Shown: piece by piece, positions 1 through 10,172 of the stretch
How the letters are laid out: the number at the start of each line of letters is the position of its first letter
How positions within the stretch are numbered: the stretch's first letter is position 1
Assembly: GCF_000260965.1 (NCBI RefSeq)
Contig: NC_017856.1
Location: 1,830,001 to 1,862,000, forward strand
DNA: 32,000 nucleotides
Direction of reading: 5' to 3'
Origin: Methylophaga frappieri
GTDB taxonomy: Bacteria > Pseudomonadota > Gammaproteobacteria > Nitrosococcales > Methylophagaceae
Translations under genes and position numbers: made by a program
Notes under the pieces: model-generated
Seen by the model: the letters and a program-made list of their open reading frames with translations, nothing else
What the model was told of the DNA's origin: nothing
The model's database searches: none

Positions 1-1111
1 GTCGCTGGTTTACGTGCTCGCCATGTCCGTCACCTATACCATTGCCGGTGTCTTAACCGGCATGTTGGGGGTGAACCTGCAGGCCTGGTTGCAAAATCCT
101 TGGGTCATTGGCGCATTTTGTTTAATTTTAGTTTGGCTGGCGTTGTCCATGTTTGGCTTTTACACACTGCAGCTACCCGCCAGCCTCCAGCAAAAGCTGC
201 ACCAGATAGGGCAACAGCAACGTGGTGGCAAATGGCTGAGTGTGGCCGTCATGGGTTTGCTGTCCGGGTTAATCGTAGGACCTTGTCTGGCGCCCCCACT
301 GGCTGGCGTATTATTGTTTATCAGTCAACAGGCGGATCCTGTTCTTGGCGGCGCAGCCCTGTTTGCACTGAGTCTGGGCATGGGCATACCTTTAATGATA
401 CTGGGCACATCTGCAGGACATTTATTGCCGCGCGCCGGCAACTGGATGGACAGTATCAAGGCTGTGTTTGGCGTCTTGCTACTCGGGCTTGCCATCTGGA
501 TGCTGTCACGTGTCATTCCGACCCCGGTCACCATGGCACTATGGTCAGCACTGCTGATCATCAGTGCGGCCTATCTTGGGGCGGCGCAAACTTTATCGCC
601 ACTGGCATCAGGTTGGCAAAAATTTAAGCAAGGCGTTGGACTGCTCGTTTTGGCAAGTGGCATTATTCTGTTACTGGGCGTGGCCAGCGGTGGGCAGTCT
701 GTATTGAAACCATTACAACACTGGTTTTCAACAGAAACAGGCAGTGAAGCGAAAACACTGCAATTTACGCTTGTGGACAGTCCGGAATCCCTGCAAAAAA
801 TGCTGGCAACCACGGCACAACCTGTGATGCTCGATTTTTATGCTGACTGGTGTACTGACTGTAAAAATATGGAACAAACCACTTTTCGTGATAAGTCGGT
901 GCAACAGGCTTTATCCGGTTACACCTTGCTCAAGGTAGATATGACCGATAATACCCCTGCCCATCAGGCTATTTTGAAACAATTGAAAGTGTTCGGCCCA
1001 CCTACCTTGGTTTTCTACGATGCTAATGGGCAAGAGTATGCTGGGCAGCGACTGATTGGCCATGTATCCGCGTCCGAGATGCAGACCCATCTTGCCCAGA
1101 TCAATCGCTGA
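1..1111 (+). CDS. dsbD: Thiol:disulfide interchange protein DsbD, C-terminal part (5' end outside the window)
   Basis: The frame is open from base 2 with no stop before the listed Met at 14, so the gene is cut by the window edge. The translation has a multi-helix hydrophobic core followed by a thioredoxin-like tail with the redox motif DFYADWCTDCK (CxxC). Confidence 0.88.
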   Translation, partial: SLVYVLAMSVTYTIAGVLTGMLGVNLQAWLQNPWVIGAFCLILVWLALSMFGFYTLQLPASLQQKLHQIGQQQRGGKWLSVAVMGLLSGLIVGPCLAPPLAGVLLFISQQADPVLGGAALFALSLGMGIPLMILGTSAGHLLPRAGNWMDSIKAVFGVLLLGLAIWMLSRVIPTPVTMALWSALLIISAAYLGAAQTLSPLASGWQKFKQGVGLLVLASGIILLLGVASGGQSVLKPLQHWFSTETGSEAKTLQFTLVDSPESLQKMLATTAQPVMLDFYADWCTDCKNMEQTTFRDKSVQQALSGYTLLKVDMTDNTPAHQAILKQLKVFGPPTLVFYDANGQEYAGQRLIGHVSASEMQTHLAQINR

Positions 1112-1256
1112 CGCCTGGTTTGTAAATGCCATTAAAAAAACCCTATTTGGACGTTATTTTCGGTAATTTTGTGGCTATTTTCTAAAAAACTGGACTTTTT
1201 ACCGGCGTCTGGTGCAAAATCGCTGACCAAGTCACCGAACACAGGCAGCCGCCTCC

Positions 1257-1697
1257 ATGAAGAATGTTTTAGTGCTACATGGCCCCAATCTGAATTTACT
1301 GGGACAGCGTGAGCCTGACATCTATGGCGCGACCACGCTCAATGATATTAATGCGTATCTGACACAACAAGCAGAAGCCGCAGATTGCCAGCTGACCACA
1401 TTGCAAAGCAATGCTGAGACTGCGTTGATTGAGGCGATCCATAACGCCCGTACTAGCGTCGATTTTATTATCATCAATCCAGCCGCATTTACCCATACCA
1501 GTGTGGCGCTGCGTGACGCGCTGGCGGCGGTTGCCATTCCGTTTATTGAAGTACATCTTTCCAATGTGCATCGTCGTGAGACGTTTAGGCATCATTCCTA
1601 CTTTTCGGATCTGGCTGTCGGTGTCATTTGTGGGTTGGGTGCACAAGGATATGAATTGGCATTGCAAGCCGCCATTAGTCATTTAAATAAAGGTTAA
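1257..1697 (+). CDS. aroQ: 3-dehydroquinate dehydratase, type II
   Basis: 146 aa. N-terminus [19 protein letters not shown] and the HLSNVHRRE motif are typical of type II dehydroquinase. It sits in the classic position directly upstream of accB-accC. Confidence 0.95.
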   Translation: MKNVLVLHGPNLNLLGQREPDIYGATTLNDINAYLTQQAEAADCQLTTLQSNAETALIEAIHNARTSVDFIIINPAAFTHTSVALRDALAAVAIPFIEVHLSNVHRRETFRHHSYFSDLAVGVICGLGAQGYELALQAAISHLNKG

Positions 1698-1700
1698 TCC

Positions 1701-2162
1701 ATGGATATTCGTAAAATTAAAAAATTGATTGATCTGATTCAGGAATCGGATGTCGCTGAAATTGAAATTTCCGAGGGCGAAGAATCCGTCCGAATCAGCC
1801 GCCAAAGCAGCGCACAACCATATTACGCGCCGCAACCTGCACCAACCACTGTATCGATTCCATCAACGCCACCTGCCGCTGCGGACACGACACCGGCACC
1901 CACTGCTGCGCCGTCCGCCAATCATGATGCCAATGCGGTTCGCTCGCCTATGGTTGGCACGTTTTATCGCTCCTCCTCACCAGAGGCATCACCCTTTGTT
2001 GAAGTTGGTCAGCAGGTCAGTGCCGGGGATGTGATCTGCATCATCGAAGCGATGAAAATGTTTAATCAAATTGAAGCTGATCGCAGCGGCACAGTTAAAG
2101 CGATTCTGGTTGATGATGGACATCCAGTCGAGTTTGACGAGCCGTTAATCGTTATTGCCTGA
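1701..2162 (+). CDS. accB: Acetyl-CoA carboxylase biotin carboxyl carrier protein
   Basis: 153 aa with a Pro/Ala-rich linker and the C-terminal biotinyl domain carrying the biotinylation motif EAMKM. It starts 3 nt after the aroQ stop. Confidence 0.95.
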   Translation: MDIRKIKKLIDLIQESDVAEIEISEGEESVRISRQSSAQPYYAPQPAPTTVSIPSTPPAAADTTPAPTAAPSANHDANAVRSPMVGTFYRSSSPEASPFVEVGQQVSAGDVICIIEAMKMFNQIEADRSGTVKAILVDDGHPVEFDEPLIVIA

Positions 2163-2215
2163 TTTATGCCGGCAAATGCCGGATAATTTTCTGCTGATTT
2201 AATTGCGGACACACC

Positions 2216-3556
2216 ATGATTGATAAAATTGTTATTGCCAACCGGGGCGAAATCGCCCTGCGTATTTTGCGAGCCTGTTGGGAGTTAGGTATTAAGACTG
2301 TTGCCGTTCACTCCGACGTAGATCGTGATTTAAAACATGTTTTGCTTGCGGATGAGACGGTTTGTATTGGTCCCGCCCCGTCTAATCAAAGCTATCTGAA
2401 TATTCCAGCGCTGATTAGTGCTGCCGAGATAACCGATGCCACGGCGATTCACCCTGGCTATGGTTTTTTGTCAGAAAATGCCGATTTTGCAGAGCGTGTT
2501 GAACAAAGCGGCTTTATTTTCATCGGACCTCGCGCAGACACTATCCGTTTGATGGGCGACAAAGTATCTGCCATCAAGGCCATGAAAGAAGCTGGTGTGC
2601 CTTGTGTACCGGGTTCAGATGGGCCGCTTGGATCAAATGATGAAACCAACATGCGTCTGGCAAGAGAGATTGGCTATCCGATCATCATTAAAGCCGCTGG
2701 TGGCGGGGGTGGCCGTGGCATGCGTGAAGTGCACAGTGAGGCGCACTTGTTAAATGCCATTGCGCTGACCAAGTCAGAAGCTAAAGCCGCTTTCGGCAAC
2801 GATATGGTTTATATGGAAAAATTCCTGGAAAACCCGCGGCATATCGAATTTCAGGTGTTAGCCGACCAGCATGGTAATGCCATTCACCTTGGTGAACGGG
2901 ATTGTTCTATGCAGCGTCGCCATCAAAAAGTGGTTGAAGAAGCGCCCGCGCCAGGGATTACCCAAGAGATGCGTGATCGGATGGGTAAAATCTGTGCCGA
3001 TGCCTGTGTTCGTATCGGCTATCGTGGGGCCGGCACTTTCGAATTCCTGTACCAGGATGGCGAGTTTTACTTTATTGAAATGAACACGCGTATTCAGGTC
3101 GAACATCCCGTAACCGAAAGAGTGACCGATATGGATTTAGTCGCCGAACAAATTCGTATTGCTGCTGGCAATAAATTGTCTGTCCGTCAAGAAGACATTC
3201 AAATGCGTGGCCATGCTATCGAATGCCGGATTAATGCCGAAAACCCGCGTACTTTCATGCCAAGCCCCGGTGTTGTCAGCCATTACCATGCACCGGGTGG
3301 TGCCGGGATTCGTATGGACTCACATTTATACAGCGGTTACCGCGTGCCACCGAATTACGACTCTTTGATTGGCAAATTGATCGCCTATGGCAATAACCGG
3401 GAATCGGCCATCAAACGAATGCAAACCGCGCTTAAAGAAATTGGTATCGACGGTATTCAAACCAATGTCGAGTTACACCGTGACATTATGGATGACACCC
3501 ATTTCCAGACGGGTGGCACCAATATCCATTATTTAGAGAAAAAGCTCGGCCTGTAG
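2216..3556 (+). CDS. accC: Acetyl-CoA carboxylase biotin carboxylase subunit
   Basis: 446 aa. N-terminus [21 protein letters not shown]-grasp glycine loop [12 protein letters not shown], and [14 protein letters not shown]. It follows accB. Confidence 0.97.
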   Translation: MIDKIVIANRGEIALRILRACWELGIKTVAVHSDVDRDLKHVLLADETVCIGPAPSNQSYLNIPALISAAEITDATAIHPGYGFLSENADFAERVEQSGFIFIGPRADTIRLMGDKVSAIKAMKEAGVPCVPGSDGPLGSNDETNMRLAREIGYPIIIKAAGGGGGRGMREVHSEAHLLNAIALTKSEAKAAFGNDMVYMEKFLENPRHIEFQVLADQHGNAIHLGERDCSMQRRHQKVVEEAPAPGITQEMRDRMGKICADACVRIGYRGAGTFEFLYQDGEFYFIEMNTRIQVEHPVTERVTDMDLVAEQIRIAAGNKLSVRQEDIQMRGHAIECRINAENPRTFMPSPGVVSHYHAPGGAGIRMDSHLYSGYRVPPNYDSLIGKLIAYGNNRESAIKRMQTALKEIGIDGIQTNVELHRDIMDDTHFQTGGTNIHYLEKKLGL

Positions 3557-3568
3557 GCTGATCTTCTT

Positions 3569-4444
3569 ATGGCTTGGGTACAATTTATTTTTAATACGCC
3601 GCCTGACGCGGCAGAGTCTCTTTCTGAGGCGCTCACTGATGCGGGGGCAGCAGCCGTCACCTTTCAGGATCAAGCGGATCAGCCTATCTATGAACCGCCA
3701 ATCGGTGAAACACCATTGTGGTCAGCCACACAAGTCGTCGCATTATTTGATGCCAATACAACGGCCGAAGCCTTACAACTGGCGGTAAAGCCATTTTATG
3801 CAGGCGCCTTACCCGATTTTAAAATCGAAGCGGTTGAAGATAAAGATTGGGAACGAGCCTGGATGGATGATTTTTCGCCCTTATGTTTTGGCGAAAGACT
3901 CTGGATTGTACCAAGCTGGCATACACCACCACAGCCGGAAGCGGTCAATATTTTATTAGACCCCGGCTTGGCCTTTGGTACGGGTACCCACCCCACCACC
4001 GCCCTTTGTCTTCGTTGGCTGGATAAGCAGGAAATGACGGGGAAAACCGTGATTGACTATGGCTGCGGCAGCGGCATTTTGGCAATTGCGGCGGCACTGC
4101 TTGGCGCAAGCAAAATCATTGCCGTCGACACCGATCCACAAGCATTAGAAGCTACGCAGGAAAACGCCAAACGTAATGGCGTCACGATTCAGACCTTTCT
4201 CCCCGATGCCTGTCCTGATATCACTGCTGATGTCTTGCTCGCCAATATTTTGGCTGGTCCACTGATGTCGCTGGCACCCTTATTTTCCCGGCTAACCCAT
4301 CTCGGCAGTGATCTGGTATTGTCCGGTATTCTGGATACACAAACGGCTGACATCCAATCCACTTATCAATCCAAATTTGGCACACTTGCCGCGCAGCAGC
4401 ATGATGAGTGGATGCGTCTGACCGGAGTTCGTCAACGTGATTAA
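3569..4444 (+). CDS. prmA: Ribosomal protein L11 methyltransferase
   Basis: 291 aa. Motifs include MAWVQF...-type N-terminus, FGTGTHPTT and the SAM-binding DYGCGSGILAIAA. Synteny accC-prmA-dusB-fis is conserved. Confidence 0.93.
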   Translation: MAWVQFIFNTPPDAAESLSEALTDAGAAAVTFQDQADQPIYEPPIGETPLWSATQVVALFDANTTAEALQLAVKPFYAGALPDFKIEAVEDKDWERAWMDDFSPLCFGERLWIVPSWHTPPQPEAVNILLDPGLAFGTGTHPTTALCLRWLDKQEMTGKTVIDYGCGSGILAIAAALLGASKIIAVDTDPQALEATQENAKRNGVTIQTFLPDACPDITADVLLANILAGPLMSLAPLFSRLTHLGSDLVLSGILDTQTADIQSTYQSKFGTLAAQQHDEWMRLTGVRQRD

Positions 4445-5444
4445 CCCCATTCAAATCGGCCCTTATACGCTGCCAAATAATTTATTCCTGGCACCTATGG
4501 CCGGGGTAACGGATCGCCCTTTTCGACAACTGTGTCGTAAATTAGGTGCCGGCATGGCGGTATCAGAAATGATTACCGCCAATAAAGCACTATGGACCAG
4601 CAAAAAATCTTTACTGCGCGCTAACCATGATGGCGAGCCGGAACCACGCAGCGTTCAAATCGCTGGCGCTGATCCGCACATGATGGCTGAAGCCGCACGG
4701 CATAATGTCGCGCAAGGCGCGCATATTATCGATATCAATATGGGCTGTCCCGCCAAAAAAGTCTGTAATGCCATGGCCGGCTCGGCTTTGTTGGCTCATG
4801 AAACCTTAGTTGCAGATATTTTAGAAGCCGTGGTGTCGGCGGTATCCGTGCCCGTTACCTTGAAAATTCGCACCGGCTCAGATCGGGAAAACAAAAATGG
4901 CGTGCGCATTGCCCAGATTGCAGAACAAGCGGGTATCCAGGCATTGGCCGTTCATGGCCGAACGCGTGCTGATCTGTATCGAGGAGACGCTGAATACGAG
5001 ACGATTGCAGAAATTAAAAGTCGTATTCATATTCCGGTGATTGCGAATGGCGATATTGACTGTCCTGAAAAAGCCCACTTTGTGCTCTCTAAAACCGGCG
5101 CTGATGGCCTGATGATAGGCCGCGCTGCACAAGGTAATCCATGGATTTTTCAGCAAATTTTGCATTATCTGCAAACCGGTACCCATCTACCCGCTCCGGC
5201 CATCGATGACGTTCGTGACATCTTGATTACACACCTCAAGACACTGTACGATTTCTATGGTGAGTATTCCGGTGTTCGCATGGCGCGTAAGCATATTGCC
5301 TGGTACAGCAAGGGCTTACGTGATGGCAATGCTTTCCGGCAGGAAATGAATCAACTGGAAGACCCCGCACAGCAACTGGCCTTTACGGCCGCGTTTTTTA
5401 CGCAATTGGCACAAGCACAGCAAAAGGATACGCTCGCGGCATGA
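4437..5444 (+). CDS. dusB: tRNA-dihydrouridine synthase B
   Basis: 335 aa from a GTG start that overlaps the prmA stop by 8 nt. Motifs LAPMAGVTDRPFR and IDINMGCPAKKV are present. It sits directly upstream of fis, as in the dusB-fis operon. Confidence 0.92.
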   Translation: MINPIQIGPYTLPNNLFLAPMAGVTDRPFRQLCRKLGAGMAVSEMITANKALWTSKKSLLRANHDGEPEPRSVQIAGADPHMMAEAARHNVAQGAHIIDINMGCPAKKVCNAMAGSALLAHETLVADILEAVVSAVSVPVTLKIRTGSDRENKNGVRIAQIAEQAGIQALAVHGRTRADLYRGDAEYETIAEIKSRIHIPVIANGDIDCPEKAHFVLSKTGADGLMIGRAAQGNPWIFQQILHYLQTGTHLPAPAIDDVRDILITHLKTLYDFYGEYSGVRMARKHIAWYSKGLRDGNAFRQEMNQLEDPAQQLAFTAAFFTQLAQAQQKDTLAA

Positions 5445-5731
5445 ACAAAGCGCTTGACTCATCATTGGCTGGCTGTACTGAACTTGGTGTTCAAGCTGAT
5501 GTTCGTCAGGCTCCGTTGAAAGAGTGTGTCGATACCGCATTGAAAAATTACTTTCAGCAACTCAATGGTGCGCCGGCGGCCAACCTTTATGAAATGCTCA
5601 TGACCGAGGTTGAAGTTCCGCTACTCAAAGCCACTTTGCAACATACCCATGGTAACCAAAGTCGAGCGGCAGAAATCCTTGGCATCAACCGCGGCACCCT
5701 TAGAAAAAAACTTAAACAATATGGCCTGTAA
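5441..5731 (+). CDS. fis: DNA-binding protein Fis
   Basis: 96 aa. The C-terminal helix-turn-helix GNQSRAAEILGINRGTLRKKLKQYGL is characteristic of Fis. An ATGA overlap joins it to the dusB stop. Confidence 0.92.
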   Translation: MNKALDSSLAGCTELGVQADVRQAPLKECVDTALKNYFQQLNGAPAANLYEMLMTEVEVPLLKATLQHTHGNQSRAAEILGINRGTLRKKLKQYGL

Positions 5732-5762
5732 CGGCTGAATCACTCTATATTCTGGAATTTGC

Positions 5763-7322
5763 ATGAACCCGATTAAACGCGCTTTATTAAGCGTCTCTGA
5801 CAAAACTGGTATTGTCGCCCTTGCCGAACAGCTTCACGCGCTTGATATTGAACTCCTGTCAACCGGCGGCACTGCTAAATTACTGGCTGATGCTGGCTTA
5901 CCGGTCAAGGAAGTCTCTGACCACACCGGGTTTCCGGAAATGATGGCCGGCCGTATCAAAACGCTTCACCCGAAAATTCACGGCGGTTTACTTGGCCGGC
6001 GTGGTACCGATGATGCGATGATGGCAACGCACGATATTGCCCCGATAGATTTAGTTGTTGTGAATCTCTACCCGTTTGCAGCCACTGTCGCACGTGAAGA
6101 CTGTACTCTGCCAGATGCTATTGAAAATATTGATATCGGTGGCCCCACCATGTTGCGTGCTGCCGCCAAAAACCATGCTGATGTGACGGTGTTAATTGAC
6201 CCAGTGGATTACGCCCCAGTTATTGACCAGATTAAAACTCATGGCGGTACGGATGATGCCACCCGATTCTCCCTTGCCCTGAAAACGTTTGAACATACGG
6301 CAAATTACGATGGCATGATCGCTAACTATCTGGGTACGGTCGCTAGCGAGGGTAAACAGCGTTTCCCTCGCACTTTCAATAGCCAATTCCATAAAAAACA
6401 GGACATGCGCTATGGTGAAAACCCGCACCAAACTGCGGCTTTTTATACCGAATCTACGCCCGAGTCAGGATCTATCGGCGCTGCTGTGCAGTTACAAGGT
6501 AAGGCACTTTCTTATAACAATATTGCCGATACCGATGCCGCATTGGAATGCGTCAAAGCTTTTGACACACCAGCCTGTGTGATTGTGAAACATGCTAATC
6601 CCTGTGGTGTGGCATGTGCTGATGACCTGCTGTCAGCCTATGATCGTGCCTTCCAGACGGATCCTACGTCAGCCTTTGGCGGCATCATCGCTTTCAACCG
6701 CATCCTTGATGAAAAAACCGCCAGCACCATCATCGACAGGCAATTTGTTGAAGTAATTATCGCCCCCGCTGTTGCCGATGGCGTAAAAGAAATTATCGCG
6801 GCAAAAGCGAATGTGCGCCTGCTTGTTTGTGGCGAACTGCCCGTAACACCAACGGCTGGTTGGGATTTCAAACGGGTAACAGGTGGCTTGCTGGTGCAAG
6901 ATCGCGATATTGCCACCATCAGCCCCTCAGCGCTTAATGTAGTCACCCAAGTTGCGCCTGATGACGCTCAATTGAAAGACTTATTGTTTGCCTGGCGCGT
7001 GGCTAAGTACGTGAAATCGAATGCGATTGTTTATGCCAAAGATCTGCAAACCGTTGGTATCGGCGCGGGCCAGATGAGCCGCGTGGTTTCCAGTCGTATT
7101 GCCGGCATCAAAGCCGAAGATGCCGGACTTGTTGTACCCGGAGCCGTAATGGCATCGGATGCCTTTTTTCCATTCAGGGATGGGCTTGATGCCGCCGCCG
7201 AGGCTGGCATTAAAGCCGTCATTCAACCCGGCGGTTCCATGCGTGATGACGAAGTCATCGCCGCAGCCGATGAGCACGGTATTGCCATGGTATTCACCGG
7301 CATGCGTCATTTCCGTCATTAA
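5763..7322 (+). CDS. purH: Bifunctional AICAR transformylase / IMP cyclohydrolase
   Basis: 519 aa. N-terminus [13 protein letters not shown] (MGS-like domain), [10 protein letters not shown] and the C-terminal FTGMRHFRH are typical PurH signatures. Confidence 0.97.
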   Translation: MNPIKRALLSVSDKTGIVALAEQLHALDIELLSTGGTAKLLADAGLPVKEVSDHTGFPEMMAGRIKTLHPKIHGGLLGRRGTDDAMMATHDIAPIDLVVVNLYPFAATVAREDCTLPDAIENIDIGGPTMLRAAAKNHADVTVLIDPVDYAPVIDQIKTHGGTDDATRFSLALKTFEHTANYDGMIANYLGTVASEGKQRFPRTFNSQFHKKQDMRYGENPHQTAAFYTESTPESGSIGAAVQLQGKALSYNNIADTDAALECVKAFDTPACVIVKHANPCGVACADDLLSAYDRAFQTDPTSAFGGIIAFNRILDEKTASTIIDRQFVEVIIAPAVADGVKEIIAAKANVRLLVCGELPVTPTAGWDFKRVTGGLLVQDRDIATISPSALNVVTQVAPDDAQLKDLLFAWRVAKYVKSNAIVYAKDLQTVGIGAGQMSRVVSSRIAGIKAEDAGLVVPGAVMASDAFFPFRDGLDAAAEAGIKAVIQPGGSMRDDEVIAAADEHGIAMVFTGMRHFRH

Positions 7323-7372
7323 TGTCAGTCGAAGCGAAAACGCTTTAAACACGATTGAGAATAGGACTCCTG

Positions 7373-7404
7373 AGGGGTAAGTTTTACCTTACCCCTTTTG
7401 CTTT
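7373..7404 (+). terminator. Rho-independent terminator after purH
   Basis: A 9-bp perfect stem (AGGGGTAAG at 7373-7381 with CTTACCCCT at 7388-7396) encloses a 6-nt loop and is followed by TTTTGCTTTG. Confidence 0.7.
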
Positions 7405-7452
7405 GCTGGCAGCTCTTTTATGATGTCCCTGCAAAGCAATACAGGAAAGTCC

Positions 7453-8481
7453 ATGATTAAAATCGCCATCGTTGGTGCCACCGGTTATACCGGCGCCGAA
7501 TTATTACGGCTGCTTTCCAGTCATCCTGAGGCTGACGTTCAAATTATTACGTCGCGGGCTGAGGCTGGTTTACCCGTAGCGGACCTTTATCCCAATTTAC
7601 GTGGTCACGTTGATTTAGTCTTCACCGAGCCTGACGAGACGGCATTAGCGGCTTGTGATGTGGTATTTTTCGCGACGCCGCATACCGTCGCTATGCAGAG
7701 TGTCCCCGGGCTAATGCAGCGTGGTGTCCGTGTCATCGATCTGTCGGCAGATTTTCGTCTTAAAGACACCGATGCCTGGGCGGACTGGTATCACACACCA
7801 CATACTTGCCCTGAATATGCGGCAGAAGCCGTTTATGGCCTGCCCGAATTAAATCGTGAAGCAATCGCAACAGCCCAATTAGTCGCCGTTGCGGGTTGTT
7901 ATCCCACTGCCATACAACTTGGATTTTATCCGTTATTGAAAGCCGGTCTGATTGACACAAAACAATTGATTGCCGATGCCAAATCGGGCACCAGCGGCGC
8001 CGGTCGAAAAGCAGCTATTGGCACCCTGCTGACTGAATCGGCAGAAAATATGAAAGCCTATGCGGTGTCAGGTCATCGCCACTTACCGGAAATTCGGCAA
8101 ACGCTGAATCAAATGGCCGGCAGCGACGTATCACTGACTTTCATTCCGCATCTGACCCCCATGATCCGAGGCATCCATGCAACGCTTTACAGCAGGTTGC
8201 TGAAATCGGCTGATTTACAGACGCTGTTTGAGCAGCATTATGCTGATGAGCCTTTTGTTGATGTGATGCCAGCTGGCGCGATGCCGGAAACCAGAACAGT
8301 GCGTGGCGCAAATACCTGTCGCCTTGCCGTCCATCAACCACAGGGCGACGACACCGTTGTTGTCTTATCGGTCATTGATAATCTGGTCAAAGGTGCCTCT
8401 GGTCAGGCAATTCAATGCATGAATATTATGTTTGGCTTGCCTGAATTTTACGGGCTACAAACGGTTCCGGCTTTGCCCTGA
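7453..8481 (+). CDS. argC: N-acetyl-gamma-glutamyl-phosphate reductase
   Basis: The N-terminal Rossmann motif is [21 protein letters not shown] and the catalytic-Cys motif is [11 protein letters not shown] prefer ATG 7453 because AGGA lies at 7443-7446, 6 nt upstream, and the terminator ends only about 15 nt before the longer ORF start at 7420. Confidence 0.92.
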   Translation: MIKIAIVGATGYTGAELLRLLSSHPEADVQIITSRAEAGLPVADLYPNLRGHVDLVFTEPDETALAACDVVFFATPHTVAMQSVPGLMQRGVRVIDLSADFRLKDTDAWADWYHTPHTCPEYAAEAVYGLPELNREAIATAQLVAVAGCYPTAIQLGFYPLLKAGLIDTKQLIADAKSGTSGAGRKAAIGTLLTESAENMKAYAVSGHRHLPEIRQTLNQMAGSDVSLTFIPHLTPMIRGIHATLYSRLLKSADLQTLFEQHYADEPFVDVMPAGAMPETRTVRGANTCRLAVHQPQGDDTVVVLSVIDNLVKGASGQAIQCMNIMFGLPEFYGLQTVPALP

Positions 8482-9164
8482 TGACATCACCACTAGGCCA
8501 TCTTGAAATTCGTCAGCGACGGCCTTTTCGCTGCCTGCTGTGGATTGTCTTGGTCGCCTTGCTGCTCGGTGCCGCGCAATGGTATTACCATCAATTCATC
8601 AGTGCTCAACAAATACGATTGCAGACAGAAAATGTCCGTTTAAACGACGCCTTGGACACCTTGCAGCAACAATATCAGGAGGTCACTGCATCCAGCGTTA
8701 ACCTGCAACAATTACAGGCGATGCACAAAGCGACAACGGAAAAGCTTGAATCACGATTGCAACAACTGCAAACGCGCGTTATTAATCTCAATAAAGAGTT
8801 ACTGTTTTATCAGAATATCACTCAGGGTAATGTCAGCAGTGCGTTACAGGTACGGGAATTACAACTTCGACAGGATAACGACGATACGCAGTTGATACGA
8901 TATCGTCTGGTTATCACGCAGGGCAGTAATGTGACAGAGCCACTGACGGGTACGGTTTTATTGCAACTGCAACCGGCAGCAACCGATGTCGAGAGCATTA
9001 ACCTTGGCGAACATGCTTTAAACTTGCGTTATGTGCAAATCATCGAAGGCAGTTTTGCTCTGCCTGCTACCGCCGTCGCCAGACTACAGGTTAAACTGAC
9101 CCAAAAAGATAAAACACTGCTTTCCCAAGACTTCAACTGGCAGGAAATAAACCCAACTGATTGA
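8481..9164 (+). CDS. Membrane-anchored coiled-coil protein of unknown function (possibly the DUF6776-type partner of bactofilins; not verifiable here)
   Basis: 227 aa with one N-terminal TM helix (CLLWIVLVALLLGAAQWYY), a long Q/L-rich heptad region, then a beta-rich C-terminal part. The start overlaps the argC stop (TGATG) and the stop overlaps the next gene. Confidence 0.6.
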   Translation: MTSPLGHLEIRQRRPFRCLLWIVLVALLLGAAQWYYHQFISAQQIRLQTENVRLNDALDTLQQQYQEVTASSVNLQQLQAMHKATTEKLESRLQQLQTRVINLNKELLFYQNITQGNVSSALQVRELQLRQDNDDTQLIRYRLVITQGSNVTEPLTGTVLLQLQPAATDVESINLGEHALNLRYVQIIEGSFALPATAVARLQVKLTQKDKTLLSQDFNWQEINPTD

Positions 9165-9175
9165 TGAGGATCGCC

Positions 9176-9640
9176 ATGTTTGGCAAACAAAAAAAACGTA
9201 AAGCCGCTAAAGCCACCCGTATTGATACGCTGATTGGTGAAAATACGCATATTCAAGGTGATATTCATTTTAGTGGTGGCTTACGCATTGATGGCGCGGT
9301 AACTGGGAATATTATCGCTGATGAAAACGAAGCCTCATTATTGACGCTCAGTGAAAAAGGCCGGATCACCGGTGAAATTCGGGTACCACATCAGCTCATT
9401 AATGGTCGTATCAGTGGTCATGTCTATGCCAGTGAGCACATTGAGTTGGCAGGGGCCGCGCAAATTAACGGCGATGTGTTTTACCACCTGTTGGAAATGG
9501 CAATGGGAGCGGAAGTCAATGGGCAGCTAGTTCATGTCGCTCAAGACGACGATATCCTCACCGTGAGTCATGAGGACAACAGCCATGACGAGCAAAACTT
9601 ACACCTTGGCAATACACCAGAAACACCGCCAAAATCTTGA
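9176..9640 (+). CDS. Bactofilin-family polymer-forming cytoskeletal protein
   Basis: It has the basic N-terminus MFGKQKKRK and a repetitive beta-helix pattern (IQGDIHFSGGLRIDGAVTGNI ... ITGEIRV ... ISGHVYA ... INGDVFY) typical of the bactofilin/DUF583 domain. GAGGA at 9166-9170 lies 5 nt upstream of ATG 9176. In-frame alternatives are ATG 9164 and TTG 9161. Confidence 0.85.
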   Translation: MFGKQKKRKAAKATRIDTLIGENTHIQGDIHFSGGLRIDGAVTGNIIADENEASLLTLSEKGRITGEIRVPHQLINGRISGHVYASEHIELAGAAQINGDVFYHLLEMAMGAEVNGQLVHVAQDDDILTVSHEDNSHDEQNLHLGNTPETPPKS

Positions 9641-9704
9641 CTAATTTAGTCAGAAATCAGATACTAAAACATAGATAATTTAAAGTGTTATAGGGAGTCT
9701 AGCT

Positions 9705-10049
9705 ATGACCAGTGAAATGCCCAGCCCAGTTATTTTTACTGACGCGGCAGCGGCGAAAGTCGGTGAATTAATTGCCGAAGAAGGTAACGATCAACTGAAA
9801 CTACGCGTCTTTATCACCGGCGGTGGTTGTTCAGGGTTCCAATATGGCTTTACGTTTGAAGAAGAAATCAGCGACGAAGACACCCAAGTTGAAAAAGACG
9901 GTGTGATTTTACTGATTGATCCGGCGAGCTATCAATATCTTGTCGGGGCAGAAATTGATTACACCGATGGTATTGAAGGTTCTCAATTTGTTATTCGTAA
10001 CCCGAATGCGACGACAACCTGTGGTTGCGGATCCTCATTTTCACCATAA
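9705..10049 (+). CDS. erpA: Iron-sulfur cluster insertion protein ErpA
   Basis: 114 aa A-type carrier. Motifs are [28 protein letters not shown] and the C-terminal TCGCGSSFS. Confidence 0.95.
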   Translation: MTSEMPSPVIFTDAAAAKVGELIAEEGNDQLKLRVFITGGGCSGFQYGFTFEEEISDEDTQVEKDGVILLIDPASYQYLVGAEIDYTDGIEGSQFVIRNPNATTTCGCGSSFSP

Positions 10050-10074
10050 ACCGTAAATTTCATATCCCTAAAAG

Positions 10075-10100
10075 AACCGGCGCCTCTGGCCGGTTTTTTT
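10075..10100 (+). terminator. Rho-independent terminator after erpA
   Basis: The stem pairs AACCGGC (10075-10081) with GCCGGTT (10089-10095) around a 7-nt loop. The T run extends to 10100. Confidence 0.8.
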
Positions 10101-10172
10101 GTGCCTGAAAATAGCAACTTCCACCGTGCCGTTGCCTAGGCTAAGCTGTGTTATCTATGCAAGGAGTGGTTT

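Noticed and set aside
100-627. A 175-aa alternate-frame ORF inside dsbD. Comparable long shadow ORFs lie inside other genes: 14710-15141(-), 19698-20114(+), 20303-20698(-), 20589-20981(+), 22286-22741(-), 24177-24686(-) and 25222-25632(-).
   Set aside because: All lie entirely within strongly supported genes. They translate to Arg/Ser/Cys/Pro-rich, non-globular sequence without recognisable motifs and have no SD. They are typical frame-shadow artefacts.
2163-2215. A short GC-rich inverted repeat (CCGGCA...TGCCGG) between accB and accC that might be an attenuator.
   Set aside because: The arms are almost contiguous, leaving too small a loop. No T tract follows, and accB-accC are normally co-transcribed.
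7420-7452. A longer argC start at ATG 7420 ([11 protein letters not shown] extension).
   Set aside because: It begins only about 15 nt after the purH terminator and has no SD. ATG 7453 has AGGA at ideal spacing and gives the canonical [15 protein letters not shown]-terminus.
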